Source of the DNA: Candidatus Multivorans sp.
GTDB taxonomy: Bacteria > Acidobacteriota > Thermoanaerobaculia > Multivoradales > Multivoraceae
Assembly (NCBI GenBank): GCA_965247095.1
Contig: OZ251997.1
Span: 1,728,001-1,792,000, forward strand
DNA: 64,000 nt
Reading direction: 5' to 3'
The position numbers were made by a program, and so were the translations under genes. The notes under the pieces are model-generated. The model was not told the DNA's origin, ran no database searches, and worked only from the letters and a program-made list of their open reading frames with translations. The number at the start of each line of letters is the position of its first letter. The first letter of the stretch is position 1. This document shows positions 48,216 to 61,255 of this stretch, in pieces.

Positions 48216-49771
48216 AGCATAGTCCCATTCAGAGATGAGCCTGAAGGGGGCTCCTTCGGGAGTTGCGGCGAGAGAGTGCGGCGGGGCGAGTTTCAGGGCT
48301 GCTGATCGAAGCGAAGCGGAGATCGGCACCAGGGACCAACCGTAGCGCGGGGACCGCGAGCCGCGGTGGAGTTGCACGAAGTGCGTGGCGCGAGGCGCGA
48401 GAGACGGGGGCGGCGGCGGCTTGCTCATGCGACGGTGGCTTCGCGGCGGTGGATTTCGGCGAACAGTGCGACGAGGGCGTCGTTGACGGCGCTGGCCGCG
48501 GTGAGGTCGTCGAGTGCCAGGGCCTGTTGGTCGAGTTTCTCGAAGGTGACGCCTTGTCGCAGGCAGAGGGCGGCGCCGTCGAGCGACTTCAGCTTGAGGT
48601 AGGGCGTGGTGACGTTGTCGAAGGGGTAGGTCTTTCGCTTGCGACCCTTGGCGTCTGTCGTCTCGACGGGGAAGTGGCAGGGCCGGTGGTAGTTGAGGAA
48701 CGGAGCGAGCGCGTCGCGCAGGAAGTCGTTGACGAGTGCGGCATGACGCCGGGGAATGTGGTCGTAGCCGAGGTGCCGCCGCACCACCGAGGCGTTCTTG
48801 CTCTCGACCAGGGCGTTGTCGTTGCAGCGCCTCGGGCGGGACTTGGTGAACTCCTCGATGTGCAGCTTGCGCAGCAGCGCGGCCACCCGGTAGTTGATGT
48901 ACTCGGAGCCGTTGTCGGCGTGGAAGCCGCGGATGATGAAGGGGAAAGCCTCGATCGACCCTTCCAGGGCCGGAACCAGGAAACGCTCCGAAATGCCCTC
49001 TACAGCGGCCACGAACTCGTACTGCGTGACCTCGTCCACAAGATTGATCTCGTACAGACCCTTCTCCCCGTCCAGGTCGCCCTGATGGACCGAATCCACT
49101 CGCAGAAAGCCCGGCCGACCCGCGGGATGAGGCTTGCGGCGCTCCCCGATGCGTACCTGCGTCGACCGCGTCCTGGCCACCGTCAGGCGACGGCGCCGGT
49201 ACGCTGTCGACTGGCGAAGCCGGTACAGATGGCTGTTCGAGAGCCCCGCCAGACGCTCGAACCGCACATCCCCGAACACCGCGTACTGGCGCTGCATCAT
49301 GCGCCGAGTGACCGCGCCGCACAGACCGCCAAGGGTCTCGTCCACCTCGGCCAGCAGACCGATGTCCGCCTTCGTGTAGCGCCGGGGAAACGGACGCTTC
49401 GGACCCCGGCGCCGATCCTCGATGCGCCCCGTATCCCGGTACTGAGAGATCAACCGCGCGATCTGCGCCCGACTGAACCCCGTCACCTTGACCAGGAAGC
49501 GCCGCACCAGACCCTTGTCGGGCCTCGACAGTCGAAAGTAGCGCGAACGCACCAGAACCCGCCGCACAAAATCGTACGCATGGGCCCGCTTCACGAAGCG
49601 GAAGTCGACCGGCGCGCTGCCGACCATGAAGTCGCGGACCTCGTCGAGGGTCCGCAGCCGTTCGATATCGAGTCGCAAGATCATCCTCCAATGATCCCCA
49701 ACCCACTCTCAGGCTCATCTCTCGAGGGATTGACGCCGCTCCTTCAGGCTCATCTGTCATGGGACAAGGCT
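48216..49771 (-). mobile_element. IS element with rve/DDE transposase (ISNCY-like), 1556 bp
   Basis: Imperfect ~31-bp IRs (AGCATAGTCCCATTCAGAGATGAGCCTGAAGG versus revcomp AGCCTTGTCCCATGACAGATGAGCCTGAAGG); 5-bp TSD ACCTC at 48211-48215 and 49772-49776. Confidence 0.85.
48425..49684 (-). CDS. Integrase-core (rve) DDE transposase
   Basis: PGFLRVDSVHQGD, FHADNGSEY, SRP...NDNALVESKN and NYHRPC. Confidence 0.92.
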   Translation of the reverse strand: MILRLDIERLRTLDEVRDFMVGSAPVDFRFVKRAHAYDFVRRVLVRSRYFRLSRPDKGLVRRFLVKVTGFSRAQIARLISQYRDTGRIEDRRRGPKRPFPRRYTKADIGLLAEVDETLGGLCGAVTRRMMQRQYAVFGDVRFERLAGLSNSHLYRLRQSTAYRRRRLTVARTRSTQVRIGERRKPHPAGRPGFLRVDSVHQGDLDGEKGLYEINLVDEVTQYEFVAAVEGISERFLVPALEGSIEAFPFIIRGFHADNGSEYINYRVAALLRKLHIEEFTKSRPRRCNDNALVESKNASVVRRHLGYDHIPRRHAALVNDFLRDALAPFLNYHRPCHFPVETTDAKGRKRKTYPFDNVTTPYLKLKSLDGAALCLRQGVTFEKLDQQALALDDLTAASAVNDALVALFAEIHRREATVA

Positions 49772-49783
49772 ACCTCGACGAAT

Positions 49784-49818
49784 CCTGGACGGCTTCATAC
49801 ACTATGAAGCCGTCCAGG
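49784..49818. terminator. Perfect 16-bp hairpin (terminator-like)
   Basis: CCTGGACGGCTTCATA-cac-TATGAAGCCGTCCAGG, downstream of the minus-strand protease gene; no U-tract. Confidence 0.5.
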
Positions 49819-49868
49819 CGGGCGACCATGTGCAGAGTGACGGTCACTGCGACACCTTGTTGCTGCAG

Positions 49869-50686
49869 CTAGATCGTTTCTGGACAGTCTTCGTGACCAG
49901 ATGCGAGTACTCCGTCTTGGTATACACAGACCACGTCTTCCGGTGGCGGCGGCGGAGGAGGAGGAGGAGGAGGAGGAGGACAACCTCCAGGTGTAGTGGC
50001 ACACGACGGGGGGCCAGGGCCTAGACCACCACCGCCGTCGCCCGGGTTGCTCCCGCCACCAGGATTGGTTCCGCCTCCAGGGTTGGTGGGACCGCCACCG
50101 CCAGCATCGCAACCGCTGCAAACGATCGGAGGCTCTGGATTGACAACCTCCTTCACGGCATCGCATGTCTCGGTGGTGACGGCATAGGAGGAAGGTGGCT
50201 CAGTATGCCGATACCACATGACGCTTCCCGCGTTTCCATTGCGCGGGTTGCACGACCGGCCATTGTTGGTGGGCTTCGCGTCGCCTAGACCGAACAGGTG
50301 ACCGAGTTCGTGGGCGAATATGACCGCCAGCCGAGACGCAGACATCGTCATGGGGCAGATGTTCGTGTTCACGCGAATCTCGCGGGTTCGAGAAACCACT
50401 TCGGCGCAGACACCCGCAGTGGGAGTGATGTTGGAGCCATAGGTCAGCGTCCACACCTGCCCTGAGCCTGTTCCGAACGACACTGATGGGGCTGCCGAGC
50501 ATCGGCCAGTCCACAACTTGTAACCGTTCTTGATCGGGCCAAGATCGTCGACGTCCTGCCAGCTTGAATCTTGAAGCCTACAGACAGCGGTTTGCTGCCA
50601 TTGAGCGGAACGTCGCACCCTTGCTGCGCCAGACTGCTGCTGGCAGATCCTGCTACCAGGAGGCAAACGACCAGAACCAGCCGCAT
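49869..50686 (-). pseudogene. Secreted metzincin-like zinc protease with Gly/Pro-rich tail; frameshifted near 50560
   Basis: The signal peptide MRLVLVVCLLVAGSASSSLA (ATG 50686, TGATG-coupled to the upstream gene) is in a different frame from HELGHLFGLGD...SVMWY and the P13 tract. Confidence 0.65.
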
Positions 50687-51627
50687 CACTTCTCCGACGT
50701 CCCGTTCGTGCAGTCCGTGTGAAACTTCCATCCACCATCGAGTTGCTCAGCCTTCCGCACCCGGCAGCCGTTCTTGTGGAACGCCGACCACATCTCGCCG
50801 AACTCTCTGCGCTCCGGCGCCCCGTACTCCTTGGACACGAAGCCGACCGTCAGATCGAATAGGCCTCCAAACACGGCTTCGTCAATGCGTCCTCGTAGAC
50901 CAGCCATGTCTGAGGGCGCATCATTCGCCGCGAACGCCCACCTCAGCTTCTCGTCTTCATCCACCTGAGCCAACGCCACAGCCTGACCCCTCCAGCCAGT
51001 CAGGCGAACGACGGCATCTCTGGACCAGGACCCGATCAGCACGACGCGATCACCGACCTTTGGAGGCGCTTCCCTCCACGAAGGGGTGAGGTCCTTGGTG
51101 AGGCAGAAGACCCGGTTGTGTACCACTAGCCGATCGAACGGGATCAGCGCGTACTCCGGGATGGGTGTATAGCCGTGCAACGGCGCAACGTCGGACAAGG
51201 CGAACAGCACTACAGGATTCCCCACGGTGTCGAAGCCGGAAACCGACTCTTCCAGCGTGGCTGCTACCGCGACCTCAGACAACAGCAGTGTGGCGCTGAA
51301 ACGCCCGTCCGTCTCCGGCAGAAAGAAGGGCGCAAAGGGCTGTTTGGGCGCACAGAACTCATTGGACGAAGGAACCCCCCCTTCGTCCAAGCCGTGACGG
51401 ATACGGCTACGCTGAACCTGCCACTCGAGTCCTTCCCGAAGCCACTCTCCTGGTATCCGGCCCTTGAGCGAGCCGTCGGCGTTCAGCACCCGCGACGCCG
51501 CAATCCATTCGTAGCCCCGGTCAGTATCGCGTTTCCCCAGCGTTCTAGGGTGTCCGCCCATCACTGGCAAGGCGAAGACCGCCAGCGCCGCGAGAGTCCA
51601 TCCGAGTCGCTTCATCTTGACTTCCAT
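50686..51627 (-). CDS. Secreted hypothetical protein
   Basis: 313-aa ORF with signal peptide MKRLGWTLAALAVFALPVMG; lower GC than flanking genes. Confidence 0.65.
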   Translation of the reverse strand: MEVKMKRLGWTLAALAVFALPVMGGHPRTLGKRDTDRGYEWIAASRVLNADGSLKGRIPGEWLREGLEWQVQRSRIRHGLDEGGVPSSNEFCAPKQPFAPFFLPETDGRFSATLLLSEVAVAATLEESVSGFDTVGNPVVLFALSDVAPLHGYTPIPEYALIPFDRLVVHNRVFCLTKDLTPSWREAPPKVGDRVVLIGSWSRDAVVRLTGWRGQAVALAQVDEDEKLRWAFAANDAPSDMAGLRGRIDEAVFGGLFDLTVGFVSKEYGAPERREFGEMWSAFHKNGCRVRKAEQLDGGWKFHTDCTNGTSEK

Positions 51628-51694
51628 AATGTTGTTCGTGTTGCTGTAGAGGATGTGAATCTTTTCTGCCTCTTTTCTATCTTCGCGGATCTTC

Positions 51695-51705
51695 GGGGGG
51701 GGGGG
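51695..51705. repeat. G11 (C11 on minus strand) homopolymer
   Basis: cttcGGGGGGGGGGGctaac, about 70 bp upstream of the 51627 start. Confidence 0.9.
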
Positions 51706-51773
51706 CTAACGGAGTTTCTTTTCGGAATCCCGAGCCTCGGGCACCGACCTCTCGCAGTTGCCGCGGTCTTTCA

Positions 51774-54700
51774 TCATTCCTCCGCCGGCCTGACCACGAA
51801 CAGCAGGTCGCCATGGTTCACGACCTGGCCGTTCGCCGCGTTGACCCGCATCACCTCGTACCGGGTGTCCCGGGCGAACAAGTCGCCGACGGCGTCGATC
51901 GACGACAGGGAGACCGGGCGGAACAGCTTCATCGCCTCGATCAGGCACAGGGTCTTCTCCGTGCCCAGAATGTCCCCGACCCGGACAAAGGGTGGATCGT
52001 TGGGAGAGGCGGCGGCAAAGAAGAGGCCGCCGGACGGCGCCCTGACCTTCAGTTCGTCACTGCCCTCGATCTCGATCTCGGCGCGATCCATCGTCGCGGA
52101 GACGCCAGCGGAACGCTCCACTTCGCGAACCAATGCGCCTGCGTCGATACGGGCCAGGAAGCCCGGGAGGTAACGCGTGTCGTAGTCGCCGGTACGGAAC
52201 TGCTCGTCGTCGAGCACGCGGCAAAGGAGGGGGAGATTGGTGCAGACGCCATCGATCGTGACCTGGTCGAGGTAGGAGCGCATGCGGGCGATCGTGTCGG
52301 CGCGATCCTTGCCGTGGCAGACGACCTGCGCCACCAGGCTGTCGTAGTAGGGCGAGACCACCGTTCCCGTATCGATCGCCGCCAACACGTCGATGTCCGG
52401 GCGCCGCGGGAACTCGCAGCGGCTCACCGTCCCCGGCGACGGCAGCAGGTCGATCCCGTCCGGTGTAACGACCACACGTTCGGCGTTGATCCGGACCTCC
52501 ATCGCGTAGCCGTCTTCGGCAACTTGCGAGCCTTTGATTCGCGATCCTCCGGCGATCTCGAACTGGGCCTTGACGATGTCCGTGCCGCTCGTGGCCTCGG
52601 TCACCGGGTGCTCCACCTGGAGGCGGGTGTTCATCTCCATGAAGTAGAGCTGCTGCGCTTCCAGGTCGAAGATGAACTCCACCGTGCCCGCGCCCACGTA
52701 GCCGATCTTCCGCGCAATCGCCCTTGCGGACCGGAAGCTCTCCTCGCGCAGCGCCTCCGGCAGCGCCGTGGATCCCGACTCCTCGATCAGCTTCTGGTTG
52801 TTGCGCTGCACGCTGCAGTCGCGCAAGCCCAGAACGCTCACCGTCCCGTGCTGGTCGCACAGCACCTGCACCTCGACGTGGCGGAGGGAGACGACGCACT
52901 TCTCCAGGTAGCAGTCCGCGTTGCCGAAGCTGCTCTCCGCCTCGATCCGGATCTGGCCGAAAGCCTCCCGGAAGTCCTCCGCCCGGTCGACCCGGCGAAT
53001 TCCCTTGCCGCCGCCGCCGTGAACCGCCTTGAGCATGACCGGGAAACCGATCGATTCAGCCACCTCGAGCGCCGTGTCGGCATCGGTGAGGATGCCCGCG
53101 CTGCCTGGCACCACCGGCACACCGACCTGCGCCGCCGTCTGGATCGCGTTCGACTTGTTGCCCATCCGCCGCATCGCTTCGCCGGTCGGGCCGATGAAGT
53201 TCAGGCCGTGACCGCGGCAAAGGTCGGCGAAGGAGGCGCTCTCGGAAAGGAATCCGATCCCCGGATGGAGCGCATCGACCTCTTCCCGCTCGGCGACCCG
53301 GATCACCGAGTGGGCGTTCAGATAGCTCTCGTCGGGGGTGCTGCCGCCGATGCAGACCAGGCTGTCGCGCTCCAGCAGCATCGCCGCCGCAGGCGACTCG
53401 ACGTCCGGATCCGACTGCACCAGGACCACCTCGACACCCGCGCGCTGGGCCACCCGCACCAGCTTGACCGCGGTGCAGCCCCGGGCATGAATCAGAGCCC
53501 GCCGCACCGGGCGCGGAGCGACCGCCGGCGCCGGCTCGACGACCTCGACCTCGCGACGCCGGCGGCGTGCCGACAGGAACTCGACCCGCCGTTCCTCCTC
53601 GAGCAATCGCTGGAGAATGTGCTCGACCGTCTCCTCCGGCACCGGGATCTGCGAATCGACCTGGCGTAGCTGGTCGTCGAGGTCCTCGCCGAAGGGATGC
53701 TGGACGAGCCCCTGCATCGCCCCTTCGACCTCGAACAGGTAGTTCGACAGCGTCGAGGCCATGGGCAGGTGGGAAGGAACGACGATCTGCCCGGCGAACG
53801 GCATGTTCGTGCCCGAGAAGTAGTAGGTCTGGACCAGCGGGTGGGTCACCAGGCTCGCCTGGGCGCCGCCCGTGCAGTCGCCAAAGCCGAAACAGATCAC
53901 CGGCAGGTCGTTGTCGCGCACGAACCGGGTCAGCCGGTCGTTCACGATCGACATCGAAAAGAGGGCGCCGGCGCCCTCCTTCGTCAACATGCCGCCCGAC
54001 GAGATGAAACACACCACCGGCAGCCGTTCCTCGGCGCAGCGCAGCAGGAGTTTGCAGAACTTCTCGGCGCTCGCCATGTCGAACGAGCCGGCCTGGAACG
54101 CCAGGTTGGAGACCAGAACGCCGACCCTGGCGCCCCCCGAGCCGCCGCTCTCCGCATCGCCCGCGGCGCCGGTCCTGATCCGGGCCAGCGCCGCCACCGT
54201 GCCGCATGGCGTCACGCCCTGTTCGAGCGCCCGTTCGATCGACACCCGCAGCCCCGGGAAGCCCACCGGATCGGCGGTCATGCGGTCCGGTTCGATTTCC
54301 TGCACATCGACGAAGAACCGGTCCAGGATGGCCTGCGGACGCCGCGGCGTCTTCCGCTTCTGTTCGGCGAGCACGTCCTCGAGCAGCATGTCGCGGTAGG
54401 CCGCGTCGAGCCGGTTCCAGAAGTCCTTGATGCCGATGTTGCGGGGGGAGATGCGGCCGTCATAGGTGCGAATCCCCTGCTCATCCTCGTAGAAGTTCGG
54501 CAGCAGACGCTCGAAGAGGAACGTGACCAGCCCGAATAGCGGTTCGGAGATGCGAGGCATCTGCAGCCGCTTCCACTCCGCCACGGACTTGAGCAGCCGG
54601 CCTCGGCGAGGATGCCGCGAGAAGTGCCGCAGCCAGGAGCGGAACTGCCGGCGCAGTCTCGCCTCCGCCTCGTCGGCTGCCTCCGCCTCGAGTCCCGCCG

Positions 54701-56432
54701 TCAACTCGCCCAGCGCCGCGTTCAACGAGTGCCGCAGCAACAGGTGAACGGACTCGCGGGCGATCACGTTCTCCTCGCGGGCCTCGGCGGCGATCTCTCG
54801 CAGGTGCACAAAGATGTGATCGTAGAGCCGGTCGAAGGAGATGAAGTTCTCGCATTCGCGCCGGAACAGCCGCAGGAGTTGGGGCTCAAGGATCACGTCG
54901 AGGACGGTGAGATCCGCCGGATCCGGAGCGGCGCCCTGCCGCGCTTCCGGATCCGCCTCCGCGGCCCCCTCTGCCTCGAATGCCCGCATCACGTCCAGCA
55001 GCCGGCCGAAGTCGTCCTCGGCCGCGTCCTTCCACTGGTTGTACAGGTGGAAGCCGAACTCGAGCAGCAGTTCGGCGCGAGCTCGGTTGAAGCGGTACTC
55101 GCGGCTCCCGAGCAGGAAGGAGGCGAGCCGTCCCCGTCCCTCATGAAGCGCGTCACGGGCCGCGGCGTACCGCTTGTACGTGCGGCTGAGGACGTCGTCG
55201 TACCGCACCGCGAGCGGGTTCTCCAACCAGCGTTCGAAGGACAACCGGCGCTGCCGTTCCCGGCGCGCCCGGGCCGCCCCGGCCGGAACCTCGGCTGCCG
55301 CCAGACGACCGTAGCTGGACAGGGTCGTCGAGGTGAGGCGGCGTCGGAGACCGAGATAGCGCAGGTACCGGAAGGCGACGCCGAAGACATTGACCTGTTC
55401 CGCCGGACTCCGCAGCCGCGACAGGGAAGCGACTTCCTCGAGCGCCAGCAGACTGCGGGAGGGGTCGACGTAGCGCCGCGTGTTCAGGCGGTAGTGCTCG
55501 AACACGGCCGGCTCGTCGCGCACGAAGATCTTCGCCCGCTGCTCCACCACCGCGATCGACGAAGCCACGGCCGCCTCGAAACAGGCCAGCCGGTCGCCAC
55601 CCTCACCGGGAACGAAGTCGATCACGCCGTCGAGGTAGCCCTGATCGAAGAGCTCGTACGCCGAGACGCCGACCGCCTTGGCGCACTCTTCCCAGGACAG
55701 GTCGTAGCGGCGCACGATATTAGCCAGGCCCCGGGGCTGAATCGTGTTGAAGACGCCGTCGCGCACCGACAGCAGCACGTTCGTCGTGGCCAGGGGGATG
55801 GCGCCGCCCGAGTAACCGTTGCCGAGCACGATGCCCACGGTCGGCGCGTGAAGCTGCGCCATCTCGGCGATCAGCCGGGAAATCGCGTGGGCCTGGTTGC
55901 CGCGGTTCGCCATCTCGCCCGCGTCCGCTCCCGGCGTGTCCATCAGGGCGACGATGGGCAGGTTGCGGCCGGCGTAGGACCGGATCACGTCCACCGCCAG
56001 ACGGTGGTGCTCCGGCATCCAGACACCGTTCTGCACCGAGCGCTCCTGGGCGAGAACGCCAAACCGGCGCCGCCAGCCCTCGATCTCGGTCTCGAACACG
56101 CCCGCGTAGAGGGGGCCGTGGCGACTCTCCTCGACCAGCTCCCAGGTGGTGGCGGCCAGGACTTCTCCGGCGCCGATCCGGCCCGGGTCCTCGGCCGGAG
56201 CGACCGTGCGGCGGATGTACTCGTCGACCTCAAGGGCGGAGAGACTCTTGAGGGTCCGACGGATGCGTCGGTTGGAGACCAGACCGGCGATGCGCCCCGC
56301 GCCGGCGGCGAACTGCGGATCGCGGGGCTCCGGAAACAGCGAGAACGCGCGGGCCCGCTGCTCCGCGTCGCGGAACAGGGGGTCGACCGCTCCTCGCGAA
56401 GGCTCCGCCTGACTCTGGAGCAGGATCGTCAT
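51774..56432 (-). CDS. Single-polypeptide acetyl/acyl-CoA carboxylase (CT-alpha, CT-beta, biotin carboxylase, BCCP)
   Basis: AccA-like DTPGA...GNGYSGGA; AccD-like AGSF...SSGGM...CTGGAQAS; BC motifs HPGIGFLSE, GGGGKGIR and EMNTRLQVEHPVTE; biotinyl motif EAMKL. Confidence 0.9.
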   Translation of the reverse strand: MTILLQSQAEPSRGAVDPLFRDAEQRARAFSLFPEPRDPQFAAGAGRIAGLVSNRRIRRTLKSLSALEVDEYIRRTVAPAEDPGRIGAGEVLAATTWELVEESRHGPLYAGVFETEIEGWRRRFGVLAQERSVQNGVWMPEHHRLAVDVIRSYAGRNLPIVALMDTPGADAGEMANRGNQAHAISRLIAEMAQLHAPTVGIVLGNGYSGGAIPLATTNVLLSVRDGVFNTIQPRGLANIVRRYDLSWEECAKAVGVSAYELFDQGYLDGVIDFVPGEGGDRLACFEAAVASSIAVVEQRAKIFVRDEPAVFEHYRLNTRRYVDPSRSLLALEEVASLSRLRSPAEQVNVFGVAFRYLRYLGLRRRLTSTTLSSYGRLAAAEVPAGAARARRERQRRLSFERWLENPLAVRYDDVLSRTYKRYAAARDALHEGRGRLASFLLGSREYRFNRARAELLLEFGFHLYNQWKDAAEDDFGRLLDVMRAFEAEGAAEADPEARQGAAPDPADLTVLDVILEPQLLRLFRRECENFISFDRLYDHIFVHLREIAAEAREENVIARESVHLLLRHSLNAALGELTAGLEAEAADEAEARLRRQFRSWLRHFSRHPRRGRLLKSVAEWKRLQMPRISEPLFGLVTFLFERLLPNFYEDEQGIRTYDGRISPRNIGIKDFWNRLDAAYRDMLLEDVLAEQKRKTPRRPQAILDRFFVDVQEIEPDRMTADPVGFPGLRVSIERALEQGVTPCGTVAALARIRTGAAGDAESGGSGGARVGVLVSNLAFQAGSFDMASAEKFCKLLLRCAEERLPVVCFISSGGMLTKEGAGALFSMSIVNDRLTRFVRDNDLPVICFGFGDCTGGAQASLVTHPLVQTYYFSGTNMPFAGQIVVPSHLPMASTLSNYLFEVEGAMQGLVQHPFGEDLDDQLRQVDSQIPVPEETVEHILQRLLEEERRVEFLSARRRRREVEVVEPAPAVAPRPVRRALIHARGCTAVKLVRVAQRAGVEVVLVQSDPDVESPAAAMLLERDSLVCIGGSTPDESYLNAHSVIRVAEREEVDALHPGIGFLSESASFADLCRGHGLNFIGPTGEAMRRMGNKSNAIQTAAQVGVPVVPGSAGILTDADTALEVAESIGFPVMLKAVHGGGGKGIRRVDRAEDFREAFGQIRIEAESSFGNADCYLEKCVVSLRHVEVQVLCDQHGTVSVLGLRDCSVQRNNQKLIEESGSTALPEALREESFRSARAIARKIGYVGAGTVEFIFDLEAQQLYFMEMNTRLQVEHPVTEATSGTDIVKAQFEIAGGSRIKGSQVAEDGYAMEVRINAERVVVTPDGIDLLPSPGTVSRCEFPRRPDIDVLAAIDTGTVVSPYYDSLVAQVVCHGKDRADTIARMRSYLDQVTIDGVCTNLPLLCRVLDDEQFRTGDYDTRYLPGFLARIDAGALVREVERSAGVSATMDRAEIEIEGSDELKVRAPSGGLFFAAASPNDPPFVRVGDILGTEKTLCLIEAMKLFRPVSLSSIDAVGDLFARDTRYEVMRVNAANGQVVNHGDLLFVVRPAEE

Positions 56433-56658
56433 AAACCGCTCAGTCTACTCGGTCTCGGGGTGGTAAAGGACCGGCAACGCGTAACTTACCCGGCTCCGCA
56501 CGGAATTCCCGCGCGCCGGTTCCCCTTACCTCAGTTGGCCCCTTCTTCCGCCCGCGTCGGGCCGATCTCGGCAAGTCCATCCCGGCCCTCCCCTTTGTTG
56601 ATCTGACCCGCAACTCCCTACACTATGCCCTGCACCAACGCCGGATAGAGTCACGGCG

Positions 56659-58554
<1,896 letters not shown>

Positions 58555-58567
58555 TGACGCCCCTGCC

Positions 58568-59953
58568 ATGACCAGCGCGAACGGCAACCGGTTCCCCGAG
58601 GCCCTGGTGCTCATCTTCGCCATGATCGTGGCGGCGCAGGTCCTCACCTACGTGCTGCCGGCAGGCGAGTACGAACGCGAGGGCCGGCAGGTGCTGGCCG
58701 GCACGTACCACGCCGTCGAAGCGGCGGCCCTGCCCTGGCACGCCGCCCTGACCAAGGTGCCAAGGGGACTCGAGGCGGCGGCCGAGATCATCTTCTTCGT
58801 CTTCCTGGTCGGCGGCGCGATCGGGGTCATCCGCGCCACCGGCGCCATCGACGCCGCGATCGGCCGCGCGATCAGGACCCTGGGAGCGAGGCCGATCCTG
58901 CTGGTCGGCGGAATGACGACGCTGTTCGCGGTCGGCTCGTCGACGATCGGCATGGCCGAGGAGTACATGCCCTTCGTGCCCATCCTGGTCGGGATGTGCA
59001 TCGCTCTCAAGATGGACGCGGTGGTGGCCCTGGGCATGGTCTACATCGGCGCCGGCGTCGGCTACGCGGCGGCGGCGATCAACCCCTTCACCGTGATGAT
59101 CGCGAAGGACATCGCCGGCCAGGATCCGAGTACCGGTTTCGGACTCCGGTGGGTGCTGCTGGCGGTGTTGCTTCTGGTCGGCATCCATCACCTCCTCCGC
59201 TACGCGCGCCGCATCGGCGCCGATCCGGAACGGAGCCTGGTCCGAGACATCGACTACGGCGGCGGCGCCCACGAGCTGGCTGCCGCCGAACTGACGCCGG
59301 CACGCCTCGGCATCCTCGCTGCGTTCGCCGCGATGATCGGCGTCTTCATCTGGGGCGTCAACTCACACGGCTGGTATCTGGTCGAACTCGCGGCGCTGTT
59401 CCTCGGCGTGACGGTCATCTCGGCCGCCCTCGGCCGCGTATCGCCGAACCGCACCGCGCGGGCGTTCACCACCGGCGCCGCCGAGCTGACGGGCACCGCG
59501 CTCCTGATCGGCTTCGCGCGCACGATCGAGGTCGTGCTCTCGGACGCGCGGGTCATCGACACCGTGATTCACGGCATCGCCTCGTTGCTTGCAAAGACTG
59601 AGGCGCTGGGTGCGGGCGCCGCGGTCGTCTCGGCCTGGGGAATGCTGCTGGTCCAGAGCGTGTGCAACTTCCTGATCCCCTCCGGCAGCGGGCAGGCATA
59701 CGTGACGATGCCGATCATGGCGCCGCTCGCGGACCTCACCGGCGTCGGCCGCGAGACTTCGGTGCTCGCCTACCAGCTCGGCGACGGGCTGATGAACCTG
59801 ATCGTGCCCACGAACGCCCTGCTCATGGGCATGCTACTCCTCGCCCGCATTCCCTACCAGCGCTGGCTGCGCTTCATCCTGCCTGCAGTCGTCAAGCTCT
59901 ACGCGGTGGCGTTCGCGGTACTCGCGATCGCCGCCCTGGTGCGCTTCGAGTAG
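58568..59953 (+). CDS. YfcC/DcuC-family transporter (putative basic amino acid antiporter)
   Basis: [36 protein letters not shown] and YQLGDG. Confidence 0.88.
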   Translation: MTSANGNRFPEALVLIFAMIVAAQVLTYVLPAGEYEREGRQVLAGTYHAVEAAALPWHAALTKVPRGLEAAAEIIFFVFLVGGAIGVIRATGAIDAAIGRAIRTLGARPILLVGGMTTLFAVGSSTIGMAEEYMPFVPILVGMCIALKMDAVVALGMVYIGAGVGYAAAAINPFTVMIAKDIAGQDPSTGFGLRWVLLAVLLLVGIHHLLRYARRIGADPERSLVRDIDYGGGAHELAAAELTPARLGILAAFAAMIGVFIWGVNSHGWYLVELAALFLGVTVISAALGRVSPNRTARAFTTGAAELTGTALLIGFARTIEVVLSDARVIDTVIHGIASLLAKTEALGAGAAVVSAWGMLLVQSVCNFLIPSGSGQAYVTMPIMAPLADLTGVGRETSVLAYQLGDGLMNLIVPTNALLMGMLLLARIPYQRWLRFILPAVVKLYAVAFAVLAIAALVRFE

Positions 59954-59976
59954 GGCTGGCAGCCCGCTCGCTGCAG

Positions 59977-60828
<852 letters not shown>

Positions 60829-60883
60829 AGGAGATACGCTAGCAGCAGAGTCGACGAACGCCAGTCCAGCAAACGGGAGAACG

Positions 60884-61255
60884 ATGTCCTATCTCGCCTA
60901 CAAGCTGCTGCACGTGCTGGGAGCACTGCTGGTGCTGGCAGCGGCCGGCGGTGTCGCCGTCCACGCCGCGAACGGTGGCCGTCGCGAAGACAACGATCTG
61001 CGCGGCGTACTCGCTTCGATGCACGGCATCGGCCTGATCCTGAGTCTCGTGGCCGGCTTCGGGCTGCTCGCCAAGATCGGAGCAGGCGGCATGCCGCCGC
61101 CATGGGCCTGGGCGAAGCTCGTCATCTGGCTGTTCTTCGGCGCCGCGCTCACCCTGCCCTACCGCAACACCTCCCTGGCCAGGGCACTGGTCGTCGCGCT
61201 GCCGCTATTGGCCGCGATCGCTTCCTACCTGGCGATTTACAAGCCCTTCCAGTAG
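60884..61255 (+). CDS. Small 4-TM membrane protein (SirB2/DUF2269-like)
   Basis: [18 protein letters not shown] and IYKPF. Confidence 0.7.
   Translation: MSYLAYKLLHVLGALLVLAAAGGVAVHAANGGRREDNDLRGVLASMHGIGLILSLVAGFGLLAKIGAGGMPPPWAWAKLVIWLFFGAALTLPYRNTSLARALVVALPLLAAIASYLAIYKPFQ

Noticed and set aside
47433-49760. 775-aa ORF apparently fusing IS sequence to a permease
   Set aside because: Chance read-through across the IS in a non-transposase frame into the NCS2 pseudogene fragment.
50560-50576. TTCAAGA/TTCAAGC short duplication as the cause of the protease frameshift
   Set aside because: Removing 7 nt does not restore the catalytic-domain frame; a 1-nt loss fits better.
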